Shown here: piece after piece, positions 12,733 to 24,556 of the stretch | How positions within the stretch are numbered: the first letter of the stretch is position 1 | Layout: the number at the start of each line of letters is the position of its first letter | From: Macrostomum hystrix | Taxonomy: Eukaryota > Animalia > Platyhelminthes | Reading direction: 5' to 3' | Assembly: GCA_950097015.1 (NCBI GenBank) | Contig: CATNEN010000039.1 | Location: 16,864,001 to 16,928,000, forward strand | Length of the DNA stretch: 64,000 nt | The notes under the pieces: generated by a model | Database searches by the model: none | What the model saw: only the letters and a program-made list of their open reading frames with translations | What the model was told of the DNA's origin: nothing | Translations under genes and position numbers: made by a program

Positions 12733-15174
12733 ATGTCGAATGATCCATTCTTTTCAGCTCGCAAAGTGCTGGTGCTGTACACGGGCGGCACCATTGGTAT
12801 GAAGGATCAGGGCCGCGGCTATGAAGCTGTGCCGCAGTACTTCGAGTCCTCCCTGCGTGCCAGCGATCTGTTCCACGATCCCCGAGTCAATAACGAACTA
12901 GGCGACTTCATGCTGCTGCCGCAGACGGACCCTGCCATCGCTTATCGAATTGTTGAATACGACCCTGTCATCGACTCCTGCGACATCAGCTCCAGCGATT
13001 ACATTCGCATTGCGGAGGATATTTACAGCAACTACAAGCATTACGACGGCTTCATCATTCTGCACGGCACCGACACTCTGGCCTATACAGCCTCAGTGCT
13101 GTCATTCATGTTCGAGAATCTGGGCAAGACTGTTGTCATCACTGGGGCGCAGATTCCCATCTTTGAGATCCGCAGCGATGGTCGCGACAACCTGCTAGGT
13201 GAGTCTTACACATTGTACACTTAACCTAGGATAATTTGGGAAGAGAATCCGGCTGGGGACAGACATTTCCCAGCAGCTGTACAGTGGATTGAAATGTACA
13301 CTGCATCACAAATGCTGTGCGGTATTGATGTGGACTTGACCGTTTTCTTAGACAGGATTGACTCAACAGTACTTCAACCGCACCTGACACCTACCACTCT
13401 CCAGGTGCCCTCCAGATTGCTGGCCACTTCTCGATTCCCGAAGTCACGGTATACTTCGATAACAACCTGTACCGTGGCAACCGCGTCACAAAGGTCAGCT
13501 CCACCGCCTTCAAGGCCTTCTTAAGCCCGAATTTCGCACCTCTGGCGACACTGGGCCTGAATATCGAGGTGAATTGGCCGCTAGTGCTCAAACCGGTGGA
13601 GCTGCAGCCCTTCCAGGTGTGCACTAAGCTGTCTTCCAACGTCACCATTCTGCGCTTATTCCCAGCGCTCTCGCCGACAACCATCGCGGCCTGTGTGGCG
13701 CCACCAATCGAAGGCGTCGTTCTGCAGTCCTACGGCGCCGGTAACATCCCGGTGCTACGACAGGATGTCATCGACGTTCTAAAAAAGGCCGTCGCACGAG
13801 GCGTCATCATTGTCAACACCACCCAGTGCCAGAAGGGCGCTGTGATGGGACTCTATGCGACAGGTGCGTTTTGAGACACGTCAGCATTTTTAATTCAGAA
13901 CGCAGTTAACAGGACGAGGAAACTTCAACAAACGAATTCTTCTTTCTAGGAAAAATGTTGTACAACATCGGTGTTTGTCCTGGCCACGACATGACAGCCG
14001 AGGCTGCCGTGGCCAAGCTCATGTACGTCTGCGCCAAGTCGTGGAGTTCTGAGCGCAAATTCGAGGCGATGCAGAAGTGCCTCAGAGGCGAGCTGCACGA
14101 TCCAACCCTGCACTCAGAGGACGGAGCAGTTAACAAGCGCCTCTTGTCCCAGCTGGCCAGCGCGTTCAATTTGCCCACCGACGAGGATGCCAGTCGCATT
14201 CGGGACGAGTTCCTGCCGTCGCTGATGGCCGCAGCCATCAAGGAGGAAAACTTGGAGTATCTCAGAACCTTGGGCACCATGGCTGGACACTTTCAGGTGA
14301 GTCTGCGGCTTTAAGCGAATGCAATTCACTCGCACCAAGGTCCCTGAGCTCGATTCCGCGGTGAGGCCACATTCATTTAGAAGCCCAGCCGCAGAGAGAA
14401 GGCTTGGGAGCTTGTCTTGCAATTTATGTCCTTAAGGACCAACCTCCAAGGCACAGTGAGTGTACACTGCCTGAAGCGAGGAAGAAGTCTGGGCAGATGT
14501 ACATACCTGTGTGTGTGCACGGGAGTCAACGAAATGGGCGGAATCGCTACTGTCGCAAAATGATATGCCCGCAGCCAGACTGTTTATTTTTTACGAGCTT
14601 TTAGAGAAAACTCTATCTAAATAATGCCTCGTTGTATTTGCTCCAGGTGACTGACTGCCTCGGCCGTACGCCGTTGCACTACGCGGCCCTGTTTGGCAGC
14701 TCTGCCAGCGCGGAGCTCCTGCTAACCAGCGGCGCCCTGGTGAACCACGCGGACTCGGATGGGCACACACCGTTGCAGGTCGCTATGCAGCGGGGCCACA
14801 TGGATGTGATTCGCGTGCTCATAGCCACTGGCGCCCACCTGTCCACCGTGAATCCGCACACCCTCGGTAGCCAGCTGTGTAGCTATGCCGCTGTCGGCGA
14901 CACCAAAGGCATCGAAGGCTACCTGGCCGCCGGGGTGCCGGCCGACGCTTCCGACTACGACGGCCGGCGGGCGCTGCACCTGGCGGTGCACTATCGCCAG
15001 CTGGACGCCGCCAGGCTGCTGCTGCAGGCCGGCGCTGATCCCAGAGTGCGCGACAACTTCGGCAGGTCGCCCGTCGACGAGCTGGCCAGCGCGCCGGCTG
15101 AGGACAGCTTCGCCGCCGAGTTCGGCCAGCTGCTGCAGCTGCCGTCTGTGCTCACCAACGGTGACAAAGAATGA
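12733..15174 (+). CDS. ASPG: L-asparaginase / 60-kDa lysophospholipase with C-terminal ankyrin repeats, 4 exons: 12733-13198, 13405-13863, 13950-14296, 14647-15174; ~599 aa
   Basis: YTGGTIGM and HGTDT catalytic Thr motifs, ITGAQIP, YRGNRVTK, QSYGAGN, DMTAEAAVAKL, ankyrin repeats (GRTPLHYAA, GHTPLQVA, GRRALHLA). All three GT-AG junctions are in frame. Confidence 0.95.
14315..14593 (+). mobile_element. SINE family A, internally deleted, in ASPG intron 3
   Basis: ctcgcaccaaggtccctgagctcgattccgcgg head and partial body. Confidence 0.85.
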
Positions 15175-16219
15175 GGATCAGATCAGCTTCATCACACCGC
15201 ATCAGCTAGCTGACTTTCAACAGTCGAAAGAAATTACTATTTTTGCCTGGGGATAGAACTCGGCGGTATTTCAAATTCCCACCGCCTACTTCACGATTGC
15301 TCCAAAACCGAATGACCGATTTTAGTGAAAGTCCACCACATGGATCAAAATTGTCCGCCCTTTACAATGAACGAACTTTCAAAGCCGCTCGACGCAAGCA
15401 TCACCGAGATATTCAGTGATTAGCGATTCTTGTCGAAGGCCAACACCTATTGGCGAATCCACATATATTAAATTATAAAAATAGCAATACAATACTGTTG
15501 TATATTGGGAATACCCCCGTAGTCTTCTGCTGTTGTCTGCTTTTTATATTTCATTTTCATTTTTACGACCTCTAGTCTAAATGCTACTAAATAGCGACCT
15601 GATTATGATACTGAGCACAATGCTCTGGCTGTTAGTAGCTGAAATTTCTATCGGATTAAAACTCGATCTTTATTGATTGATCTCTAGGAGTATAGTTATT
15701 GCTAGTATAGCCTTGCTTGCCCTTTGCCAGTACTATAATAATTTAAAGCGCTATTAAGTAGTTTTTAAATAAACTATGAACTTGCAGCTATGCCTACTGA
15801 TTAGTAGATAGACTGAATAAGAAGCTATCGCCATATTTCAGTTTGTTTATCCAGCGGTTGGGGCCACTGACAGGTCGGGAGTTCGACTCGCAACTGATTA
15901 ATGAAATTGTTTGTGGCCTTGAGCAAGACAGTTGATTCCCTACCAGCCAACTGTGTATTATTTTAGGCTCAGAGCGTCGTGATCCCCATGTCCATGGACT
16001 GAACAGCTGTACGCAGCCTCTCAAGCACCTTTAAGTAGCTGCGACTGGCTGTACATCAGGCTCAAGGTACACTGCAGGTGTCATTATTTATCTACGTGCC
16101 TTCTTTTATTGATTGCAATACGCATAAAAAATAGGTTTACTTTTGCTATTATTATTCCTAAGAAAACAAGTATATTCTGAATTCTGTTATCACAATTTCT
16201 CCTCTTATTCTCTGGTCGC

Positions 16220-19200
16220 TCAACGGGCCTTGACAACGCCCATTTCGATGCTCTGAGAGCCGGCAAGGCTGGCCGATGCGCTGCTGTTCAGCCCGGAGCT
16301 CGAGTTGTTGACGTACACCGGAGGCTCCGGCTCTGGCGTTCGCTCCGGTTTCTTTGGCGCTGGTCTCTCGGCGCTAGTCTGTTGCTCGGTTGGCTCAACT
16401 CTCGGTCGTTCCCGACTGCCTCGCAGGGCTCGTTCAAGGCCAAGCAGCGGGGCTTCGATCAGCATGGAGAGAACCAGAGCCGCCAGGTAGGAGGTCATCA
16501 GGCTGGCCAAGTACAGCATGATCTGCAGGTGTTTGGTTGGTTAGGTGCCATTTTAACGACTTTATTGGCGACTTTAGGGGCCGTTTGTGATTCTAGGGTA
16601 CAATAAAAATCCATAAATTTACTATTTATTACACCTGCCACAGGGGGTGAGTGGCAGAGTGGCCACATTTGATGCGCAGCCGCGGAGAGAAGCCTTGGGG
16701 GCTTGTCTTGAAATTTATGTATGTCATTGAGGGCCTACCTACAAGGCATAGTGAGAGTGTACACTTCCTGACAATGAGAAAGTCAGGGCAGATGTACACA
16801 CCTGTGTGAGCGTGTGCCTGCGTACAGTATCTGTGTGCGTGTGTGCTTGGGAGTCAGCGAAATGGGCAGAATTGCCTCCTCGCTGGCTGCGGGTCTAGTG
16901 TTACCAAATGATGTGCCATTGCCCGCAGCCCTCCTGCAATTATTATTATTACACCTGCCACAATCGGGCCAGACGTGCAGCGGACAGCACAGCCGCAGAT
17001 ATCGCGCGGCGCATCTGGATGAAGGCTGCGTACCGCTGTTCAGTCCATGGACTGGGGGGACGCCACACCCTCCTTCAATTACCCCCAGCTAATGCTGGTA
17101 CCCATTTAACAGCTGGGTGAACTGAAGCAATGCAGAGTAAAGTGTCTTGCTTGCAGTCGAACCCACGACCTTAAATTCGCATAGGATAAGAGAAATAAGC
17201 AACTTCTCAGCTCACAATCATTGAGTCGGACAGGTGAAATTTGGCATCATAGGTACTGAAGAAGGCCTGCGTGACTCCGACGTGAACGATGTAGGCGCAG
17301 TAGCTCAACCTGGCGAGAGGTGTGAACCACGACCACGAGAGGAGCTCGTTTACCGGACCTGGTAAATGAGCAGCAATTCATTTGTAGGATACGTTAATGG
17401 CAATATAACATAGACTCGTGACCGGCTTAAAAAAGAATATATATTTCAAACTATCATTTTAAGACAACGAAAACACAGGTAAGAGTTGTTGATTATTTCA
17501 TTCCTATAATTGACGATACGGAATTAAAATAACTTGGTTTTAATATGGTAAGTGCTTTGAGCGTCAGCAATAGTTTATAGTAGTAGCCACGTGGTTAGAG
17601 CGTCGGATTTGAAGGTCGGGGGTTCGATTCTCGACTCTACTGGAACTATTTGTGTCCAGTAGCAAGACACTTCATTTCATTGCTTTAGTTCACGCAGCTA
17701 TTAAATGGGTACCAGCATCAGCTATGGGTAATTGATGGTGGGTGTGGCAACTCCCGTGTCCGTGGACTGAACAGCCGCGTACGCAGCCCTCATCCAGATG
17801 CGCCGCGCAATAGCTGCGGCTGTGCTGTCGGCTGCACATCTGGCCTAATTAGGGCTGGTTTAAAGCCAAGGAAGCTTTCATTTTCGATTTTGCTGTTGCG
17901 CAAAGTGGTCCTTTGTTTGGTCACAAAGACCAGCTTCACTCACCGCCGTAACCGTAGACGCAGGCGAACACAACCCAGGCAACGCACAGGGCAAAACCGG
18001 GCCTCAAGAAGGACCAGTAGGTGGTCACCTGGGGCAGAGTTAGAGGCGGTCCCGTGTCGGCAATTTGGCCCTGCACTAGGTACAACAATGCTAGGCCACC
18101 GGTCAGAGCGGCTAGCCAGCACATGACAACAGCAACCTGGCAAGGATGAAGAGAGACAGGAGCGAAAGAGCGACAACTGCTTCGGTGGCAGAGCGGTTAA
18201 CACGTTTGCCTCTCGCGCCAAGGTCCCTAAGCTCGATTCCGCGCTGAGGCCACATTTATTAGGGGCGCAGCCGCGGAGAGAAGGCTTGGGGGCTTGTCGT
18301 GCAATTTACGCCCTCGAGGGCCATGCAACCTCCAAGGCACTGTGAGAGTGTACAGTGCCTGACGATGAGAAAGTCAGGGCAGATACACACACTTGTGTGA
18401 GCGTGCGCCTGCGTACGGTATCCGTGTGCGTGTGTGCTCAGGAGTCAGCGAAATGGGCAGAATTGCCTCCTCGCTGGCTGCGGGTCTAGTGTCACCAAAT
18501 TATTTACGTGCCCTCAGCCCTCCTGCAATTTATTATTATTATGAAAGGTGATATGATGCACTATTTATCAAAGCGTCCTAGGTAAGAATCGGCAGCGGGA
18601 ACGGAACCAGTTCGAAGCAACCATTGCTCTCACCTTGTGCAGCCGGATTGTCTTCCTGGTCGCCAGAACGTAGCCTAGCAAAATGCCGATTGCGTAGGCT
18701 CCAACGCGACAATAGGGCTTCACGTAGATAACCTCATAATAGCTGGAATGCGTGTGACCGCAGATAGGGTCCGATGTTCAGATGAGAAGACATTTTTAGA
18801 ATTATTTAGCTCGCAATACGAGAAGTCATGGGTATTTCAAATACCCACTGCCTACTTAAAGATAGCTCCCAAACCGAATCTCTGATCTTCGTGAAAGTTC
18901 CCGATATGAATAGAAATTTTCCGCCCTTCACGATGAACGAACTTTTAAAGCCGTCCGACGTCAATATCGTCGAGATATTCAGCGAATTCATTTGGTTTAA
19001 TAATCTGAGTCCATCTTTCGTAGAGACCTTATTTAGTAGAGACTGTAGAGACATCCTAGGTCTCTAGGATATAGAGACCTTCATTCTCTACATCCTAGTC
19101 ACGACGGTCCCTTTTATCGCCGTCTGGAGCATCGGCGGCGACCGTCTGGACCTTACAAAAGCAGCTATCTTTGAGATGCTGATAGGGTGCCTTTCTTGAA

Positions 19201-22200
19201 GGTCCCGAAGGTCGCCGCCGATGTTGCAGCCGTTGATTAAAGGGACCCTGGTGACTGGGATGCTGAGAACAGAAGTCCCTGCGACTGATTTGCGGGCAGT
19301 GGTTTTTGCCACGTTGAATCACGACGAGAATCGTTGAATATCTCGAAGATTTCGATGTTTTGTGATGCTTCGAGTAGAAGTACGAGAGCGGAAACTTTCG
19401 TCTTAGAGTCCGTGTTCTGGACATGTAAATATGTTAAATATTTTAAGAGGTAAAGAAAAAAATGTGGGCATTTCCACAGTTAAACAACTCAGCCAATGAA
19501 AAACTCGCCTCGTGTCTGGATAGTAGCCATCGGATTCTCCCGGCACAAAGTTCAGATGTCCGCGACGAAATCCGTAGGCCGAGTTGAGGACACCAGTGAA
19601 GATCATGCTGACTGCCACAACCGCCACAACCACTGCGGCGCCTATTTTGAGACCGAAGCTAAAATATCATCGTCTTGCATTAGCTATCGAGGCTGGAACG
19701 CGTGATGGAAATTCTCACGCTTTTCAGTGACGTCTTTGGCAGGGATTTCCCAAACTTGCTTTTCACAAAGCAACACATACACCAAGGTCATTTGAAAGTC
19801 GATCGGGAAATCACGCTGCAACGCAGTGGACGGAAATTTCCACTATCTATGGTCTGATGGATTCTCGTGCTTACATTTTATTCCCAAAGTCCAAGGTCTA
19901 CGTTGGGGCAAAATGAAAAAATTACAAAGCAGCACTCACAAAACAAACGGTAGCAGCACAATTGGCGACAACAGGTACATCTGCATGTCATTTGCCAGGT
20001 ACCAGCTGTGGCCCACGCACTGCATAAATTGTGTTAAAAGTTTTAACTGATTCATAAAATACAACGACAGAGAAAGAAGACTCCACAGACTACCATAAAT
20101 CTTCAAATCTTTAAAATTTCCTGGGTTAAGGTCATGTAAAAATTAAAGAAATGGAAGGATAAAATATAGCAAGAAAAAAATCATCACACCTGACACAATT
20201 ATTCCAGATTTTAAATCTGTTTTTGATGAGAAAATAAAACTCCAATACCACCACTCTCAGTGGTGTGTTAGTGCCTCAGTTGGTTCATTGGCTCCTTGGG
20301 GGTACATGTATTGGTTCAGTGCTTCTGGGGTGACATTATTCAGGCTTTCTGCTGCTGGGATATTTAGTTTGAGGATTTAAAAATGTAACTCATGGAGTGG
20401 ATTATAGTCATAATGAGGGAAATATTTGCTAATGGGGTGATAATTTACTTAATGAGGGGATTAATGAGATCCAGAAATTCCGCTTATGCTCCCTGTAGGG
20501 GGCTAAAACTGCTAGTCAGATATACTAAAAATAAATCAAGATCCCTATTTGGCTACAATCTTCGCAGTAGATAAAGAATATAGTAAGACAGCCCATTTCA
20601 GCTTACGCCAACAGAATCGCCAACTCGAACAAAATTCTGCACGTAGAGCGGCAGAGTCCACCAGGATTTGGGGCAGCCAGCCATGTCAGCCGGCACCCGG
20701 TCTCTAGGCATAAAAACACCGTTGCCAAAGTAGCCAGTTAGCGACCAGTGCCAGAACATAAAGAATACGAGTGTGGGCGTCAGGCGCCAGTAGCGATGGA
20801 AGTAGAATGCCAGCCAGAATTTCAAGCTTCGCAGGGTTTTAAAACATTTTTCTGTGCTGGTCACGTTTGCATGCTGGCAGAACACGTAGGCTACTAGGGC
20901 GCCGCTGAGCAGGAAGAATGAGTCGACGGAGGTCGTGGCATTCATGATGATCACCGCTTGCCAGCGCTTGCGAAAGTCGTACAGAAGCTGCAGCGGATTG
21001 TCTGCGAATTGGGACAATTGTTACGTTCCGGGGTTCGAAAGATCGTAGGGAATGAATGGCTCACGTTGTGATGAGGTTGAGTAGATCTCATTGTGATGAG
21101 TCAGAGTAGATTTAATTGTGATGAGGTTGAGTAGATCTCATTGAGATGAGTCGGAGTAGATCTCATTGAGATGAGTCGGAGTAGATCTCAAGGGACTCCA
21201 GAAAAGCATTCTCACCCAGCAGATAGGAAGTGAATAGCATTGTGTGACCCAGGATGACCCAGAACAGGCTGAGCACTCGAATGCCGTTAATGCAGCTCAG
21301 GGTGTCCTCAGATGAAGGCTTAAACAGATTGTGAAGGTTGCTGCGCAGGCAGAAGGCACGGCAGATTTCGCGATAAACGTCTGCTTAAAGTTGAGTGTGA
21401 GTAAAATTAAACTTATGTATCAATGCGACCATGGAGTAAAAACTATGAATACAAACACGAGACCTACTTTTTCCATTGGGATTTTTGCAGTCCAAGTAAG
21501 CGGTGACAATTGTGGCGGCAAGAATCACTGCCACGAATAGCGCTGTCAAAGAGCTGAAATCAACCAATAAACAATTGCTAAAAACAATGGCTAAAATCTG
21601 AAGCCGAAAAAAAGACAAAACTCGAATAGACCAGACGATGACCAAACTGCACTAGCCATGACCAAACTGCACTAGTCATGACCAAACTGGACTAGCTGTG
21701 ACCAAACTAGTTCATCTACTCATAGTACCAAAATAGGTAATTTATGACCAAACTAGGTCATCAATGACCAAAGATTGAACATTTATGACCAAAAATGTAT
21801 CTATGACCAAACTAGGTCAATGTGACCAAACTAGGTCATCTAATAAGCAAACTAAGTAATCAATGACCCGCGGACATCTTATATGAACACACATCATAAC
21901 GACGGCCCCAGTACTCAGCGAGCTGCCAATTTCCGCGCTGGTGGTGGCGCAGCCACGCACCGCCAGCTTGTAGGATTTGATGGTGTCGACAATGCCGCCG
22001 ACGCCGGGCACACCCTGAAGGATCGGCCCGAGCAGGTTTAAGATGATCTCGACCACTGCGGATAGGTAGAGGTGAGAGGGATGAACACTGCCCGAGTTGA
22101 AGTACAGAAGATTACAGCCACTTACAGTCAATAACAGAACACTGCAGTTAACTACAGCTAGCTATAGTCAATTACAGCTAGTTACAGTCAATTACAGGTA

Positions 22201-23553
22201 GCTACAGTCAAATACAGCTAGTTGTAGTCAATTACAGCAATAAGGAGTCACAGTCACAAATCTAGCTACAGTCAATTACAGCCAGCTACAGTCAATTGCA
22301 GCTAGTTATAGTCAATTACAGCAATTTAAAGTCAATCACAGCTGGCTACTGCCAATTACAGACAGTTAGCTACATTCTTTTACAGTTGCCTACAGCAATT
22401 GACAGATGTCCAATTGACAGACAGCCAATCTTGCGCGTCTCACCGAAGTTGACAGCAATCTCTGCGTCTTTGTCCCTGCACGGGTTCGGCAGGCACAGCG
22501 CCAGCTCCAGGTTCATCTGCAGCTGGCTTCCCAGGTCGCCTCCGCTGAATGCCGAGGAGTTGCCGCGACTCTGAACTCCGAACGTGCAATAGCGCCCATT
22601 GGTGTGAAACAGCAGCGAGCTAATGTTGCTGGGATCCTGGAATACTGGCAAAGTCAGAGCTTCGCATTGCTCGCGCGATCCTATCCATTTGATATTGCCT
22701 AGTAGGATGCCAGCCTCCGGCTTGAAGATCGAGTCCAGCCCTGTGCGGCAGAGGGGAATTGAAGCAGAATCGAACCTCCGACGTCAATTGGAAACCTCCA
22801 GCCCCCAACCAACAGCCCGCCACTTCCAGCACCCAACCCCCAGCCCGCCAATTCCAGCACCCAACCCCCAGCCCGCCATCTCCAGCACCCAACCCCCAGC
22901 CCGCCATCTCCAGCACCCAACCCCCAGCCCGCCATCTCCAGCACCCAACCCCCAGCCCGTCAATTCCAGCACCCCAGACTGCAATCTCCAGCACCCAATC
23001 CCCAGCCCGCCATCTCCAGCACCCAACCCCCAGCCCGTCAATTCCAGCACCCCAGACTGCAATCTCCAGCACCCAATCCCCAGCCTGCAATCTCCAGCAC
23101 CCAACCCCCAGCCCGCCAAGTATAGCAACCACCCCCAGCCCGCCACCTCCAACACTCGAGGTGGCATTTAGCCAGCCAGACGCTCTACTTGAAAATCTCA
23201 CACTTCAAAAACTCCATCCAGTCAGGCAGGTCGTTGCCGCCAATTAGACCAAGAACGCTGCTCAGTAAACTGCTGAACACTTGGCCACATTCCGGCGACA
23301 GTTCCTGGTCGAAGGCGCCGACTCTAGACGGTCTGCGATCCGATCGAATCGGGATTTTAACAGCGCGCAATTTACGAGCCGCCGCCGCAGGATCTCGGGC
23401 TAACTCGCCGGCAGCGATGGCAATCAGACGGCTGATCAGCTGCGGACTCAAGCCGGCTGGCTCAACCTCCTTCTCCTTGGAGGTTGTGGCGTTGCTTCCC
23501 TGCTGCAATAGCAGCAGAGACAGCAGTAGCAGCAGCAGCTGTCTCAGAAGCAT
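16220..23553 (-). CDS. NRF-6-like (nose resistant to fluoxetine-6) acyltransferase-3 membrane protein, 12 exons: 23553-23202, 22740-22444, 22055-21893, 21553-21468, 21380-21216, 21001-20607, 20019-19940, 19658-19509, 18742-18634, 18136-17944, 17358-17216, 16522-16220; ~811 aa
   Basis: Signal peptide; NRF domain (LDSIFKPEAGILLGNIKWIGSREQC ... LCLPNPC); acyltransferase-3 motifs INGIRVLSLFWVILGH, SVDSFFLLSG, HRYWRLTP, HSWYLANDMQ, YVKPYCR, PLARLSYCAYIVH, IEAP. Junction phases are consistent if intron 8 is GC-AG. Confidence 0.9.
16643..16945 (+). mobile_element. SINE family A inserted in the tail of a family B SINE, with TSD
   Basis: ttattacacctgccaca is duplicated at 16626-16642 and 16946-16962. 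Confidence 0.9.
16946..17175 (-). mobile_element. SINE family B, minus strand, in NRF-6-like intron 11
   Basis: Reverse complement of the family B body and 3' end. Confidence 0.85.
17580..17860 (+). mobile_element. SINE family B, plus strand, in NRF-6-like intron 10
   Basis: Head, core and 3' end match 54445-54748. Confidence 0.85.
18183..18542 (+). mobile_element. SINE family A, near full length
   Basis: A-box TGGCAGAGCGG, B-box-like GCTCGATTCC, full body, (tta)n tail. Confidence 0.9.
18830..19470. mobile_element. Non-autonomous DNA element with two related arms (Kolobok-like?); solo arms at ~15265-15440, 28573-28755, 31860-31962, 42850-42968, 43693-43860, 44050-44110, 48985-49080
   Basis: Recurrent (aaagaccac)...gggtatttcaaatacccac...cgagatattca arms in both orientations. 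The superfamily is a guess. Confidence 0.55.
21066..23155. repeat. Four distinct intronic arrays in the NRF-6-like gene (21066-21190, 21637-21860, 22122-22420, 22797-23155)
   Basis: agtagatctcattgagatgagtcgg; atgaccaaact..; tacagtcaattacagctagc; cccagcccgccatctccagcacccaac. Confidence 0.9.
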
Positions 23554-23667
23554 TCTAAGCTAGTAGTTTGGGTTTATTTTTGCGTTTTTTGTCGAAGGAA
23601 AAATAAACTCAACGAGCTTTATTGCTGCCGGCAATGCCGCCTAAAAATTCTCGTTGCTTCTTAAGCT

Positions 23668-23760
23668 TTGTCTTATCAGCTGATAAAGAAGCAGCGGCAG
23701 CAGCGGGAGGTGGAGGGTGTGCGCCAGAGCCGATAAAGATAACATTAGGATGATAGAAAC
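23668..23760 (-). promoter_or_regulatory. Cluster of GATA motifs upstream of the NRF-6-like gene
   Basis: cttatcagctgataaag, cgataaagataac and tgatag lie within ~90 bp, 120-200 bp upstream of the ATG. Confidence 0.35.
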
Positions 23761-23949
23761 AGACCAGTGGTACCATAAAAATAGTTCTTCACAAAATTAA
23801 TCTCTAATGGCGAGACCTTGTAGACACCACTTGGAGAGAATTAAGAAGAGCTTAGTTTCTAGTACTTTTTCGTCAAGAAAACTTGCTTTGAAAATTTAGC
23901 AGTTTTTATTCTGATTGGTTCTTGATAAGTGTAGCAGGCTGCAGCCCTA

Positions 23950-24238
23950 AACCAGCCACCCTACTCCTCTAGTTAGCCAATAACCAACCAGCCATCCCCT
24001 CCCCTGTTAGCCTATAATAAACCAGCCACCTCACTCCCCAATCAGCCAATAATAAACCAGCCACCTCACTCCCCAATCAGCCGATAATAAACCAGCCACC
24101 TCACTCCCCAATCAGCCAATAATAAACCAGCCACCTCACTCCCCAGTCAACCATTAACCAACCAGCCATCCCCTCCCCTGCTAGCCAATAATAAACCTAC
24201 AACCTCACTCCCCAATCAACCAATAACCAAACAGCCAT
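23950..24238. repeat. Degenerate C-rich minisatellite
   Basis: aaaccagccacctcactccccaatcagccaataat units. Confidence 0.9.
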
Positions 24239-24556
24239 AAGAAATCAAAGTAAATACATAGCTTGGCTAGCCTTGCCGCAAGCAGTAACATTTCTATTTC
24301 GCTCAACGAAAACAAAATTTAAATGTCAGCAACTAACTATAGAAATTTGCTAGTTAAAAAAATATGCGAACTTGACTCGCTCAGCGATAACACACGATCG
24401 AGCGACCCAAGAGTGCAGCAGTGCTATCAAACTGCATGGGCTGATTTCTTTCTGAAAGTTCTATACGAGATCTGAGGTCGTTTTTAAGAGCAAAGTGGAT
24501 AAACGTTAATTTGCTGTTCAAATTACGAAATTACTCTTAAATATGAGTATAAATAC

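Noticed and set aside
3084-15174. Horizontal transfer of glutaminase/asparaginase from bacteria
   Set aside because: Both have animal domain architecture (ankyrin tails) and spliceosomal introns.
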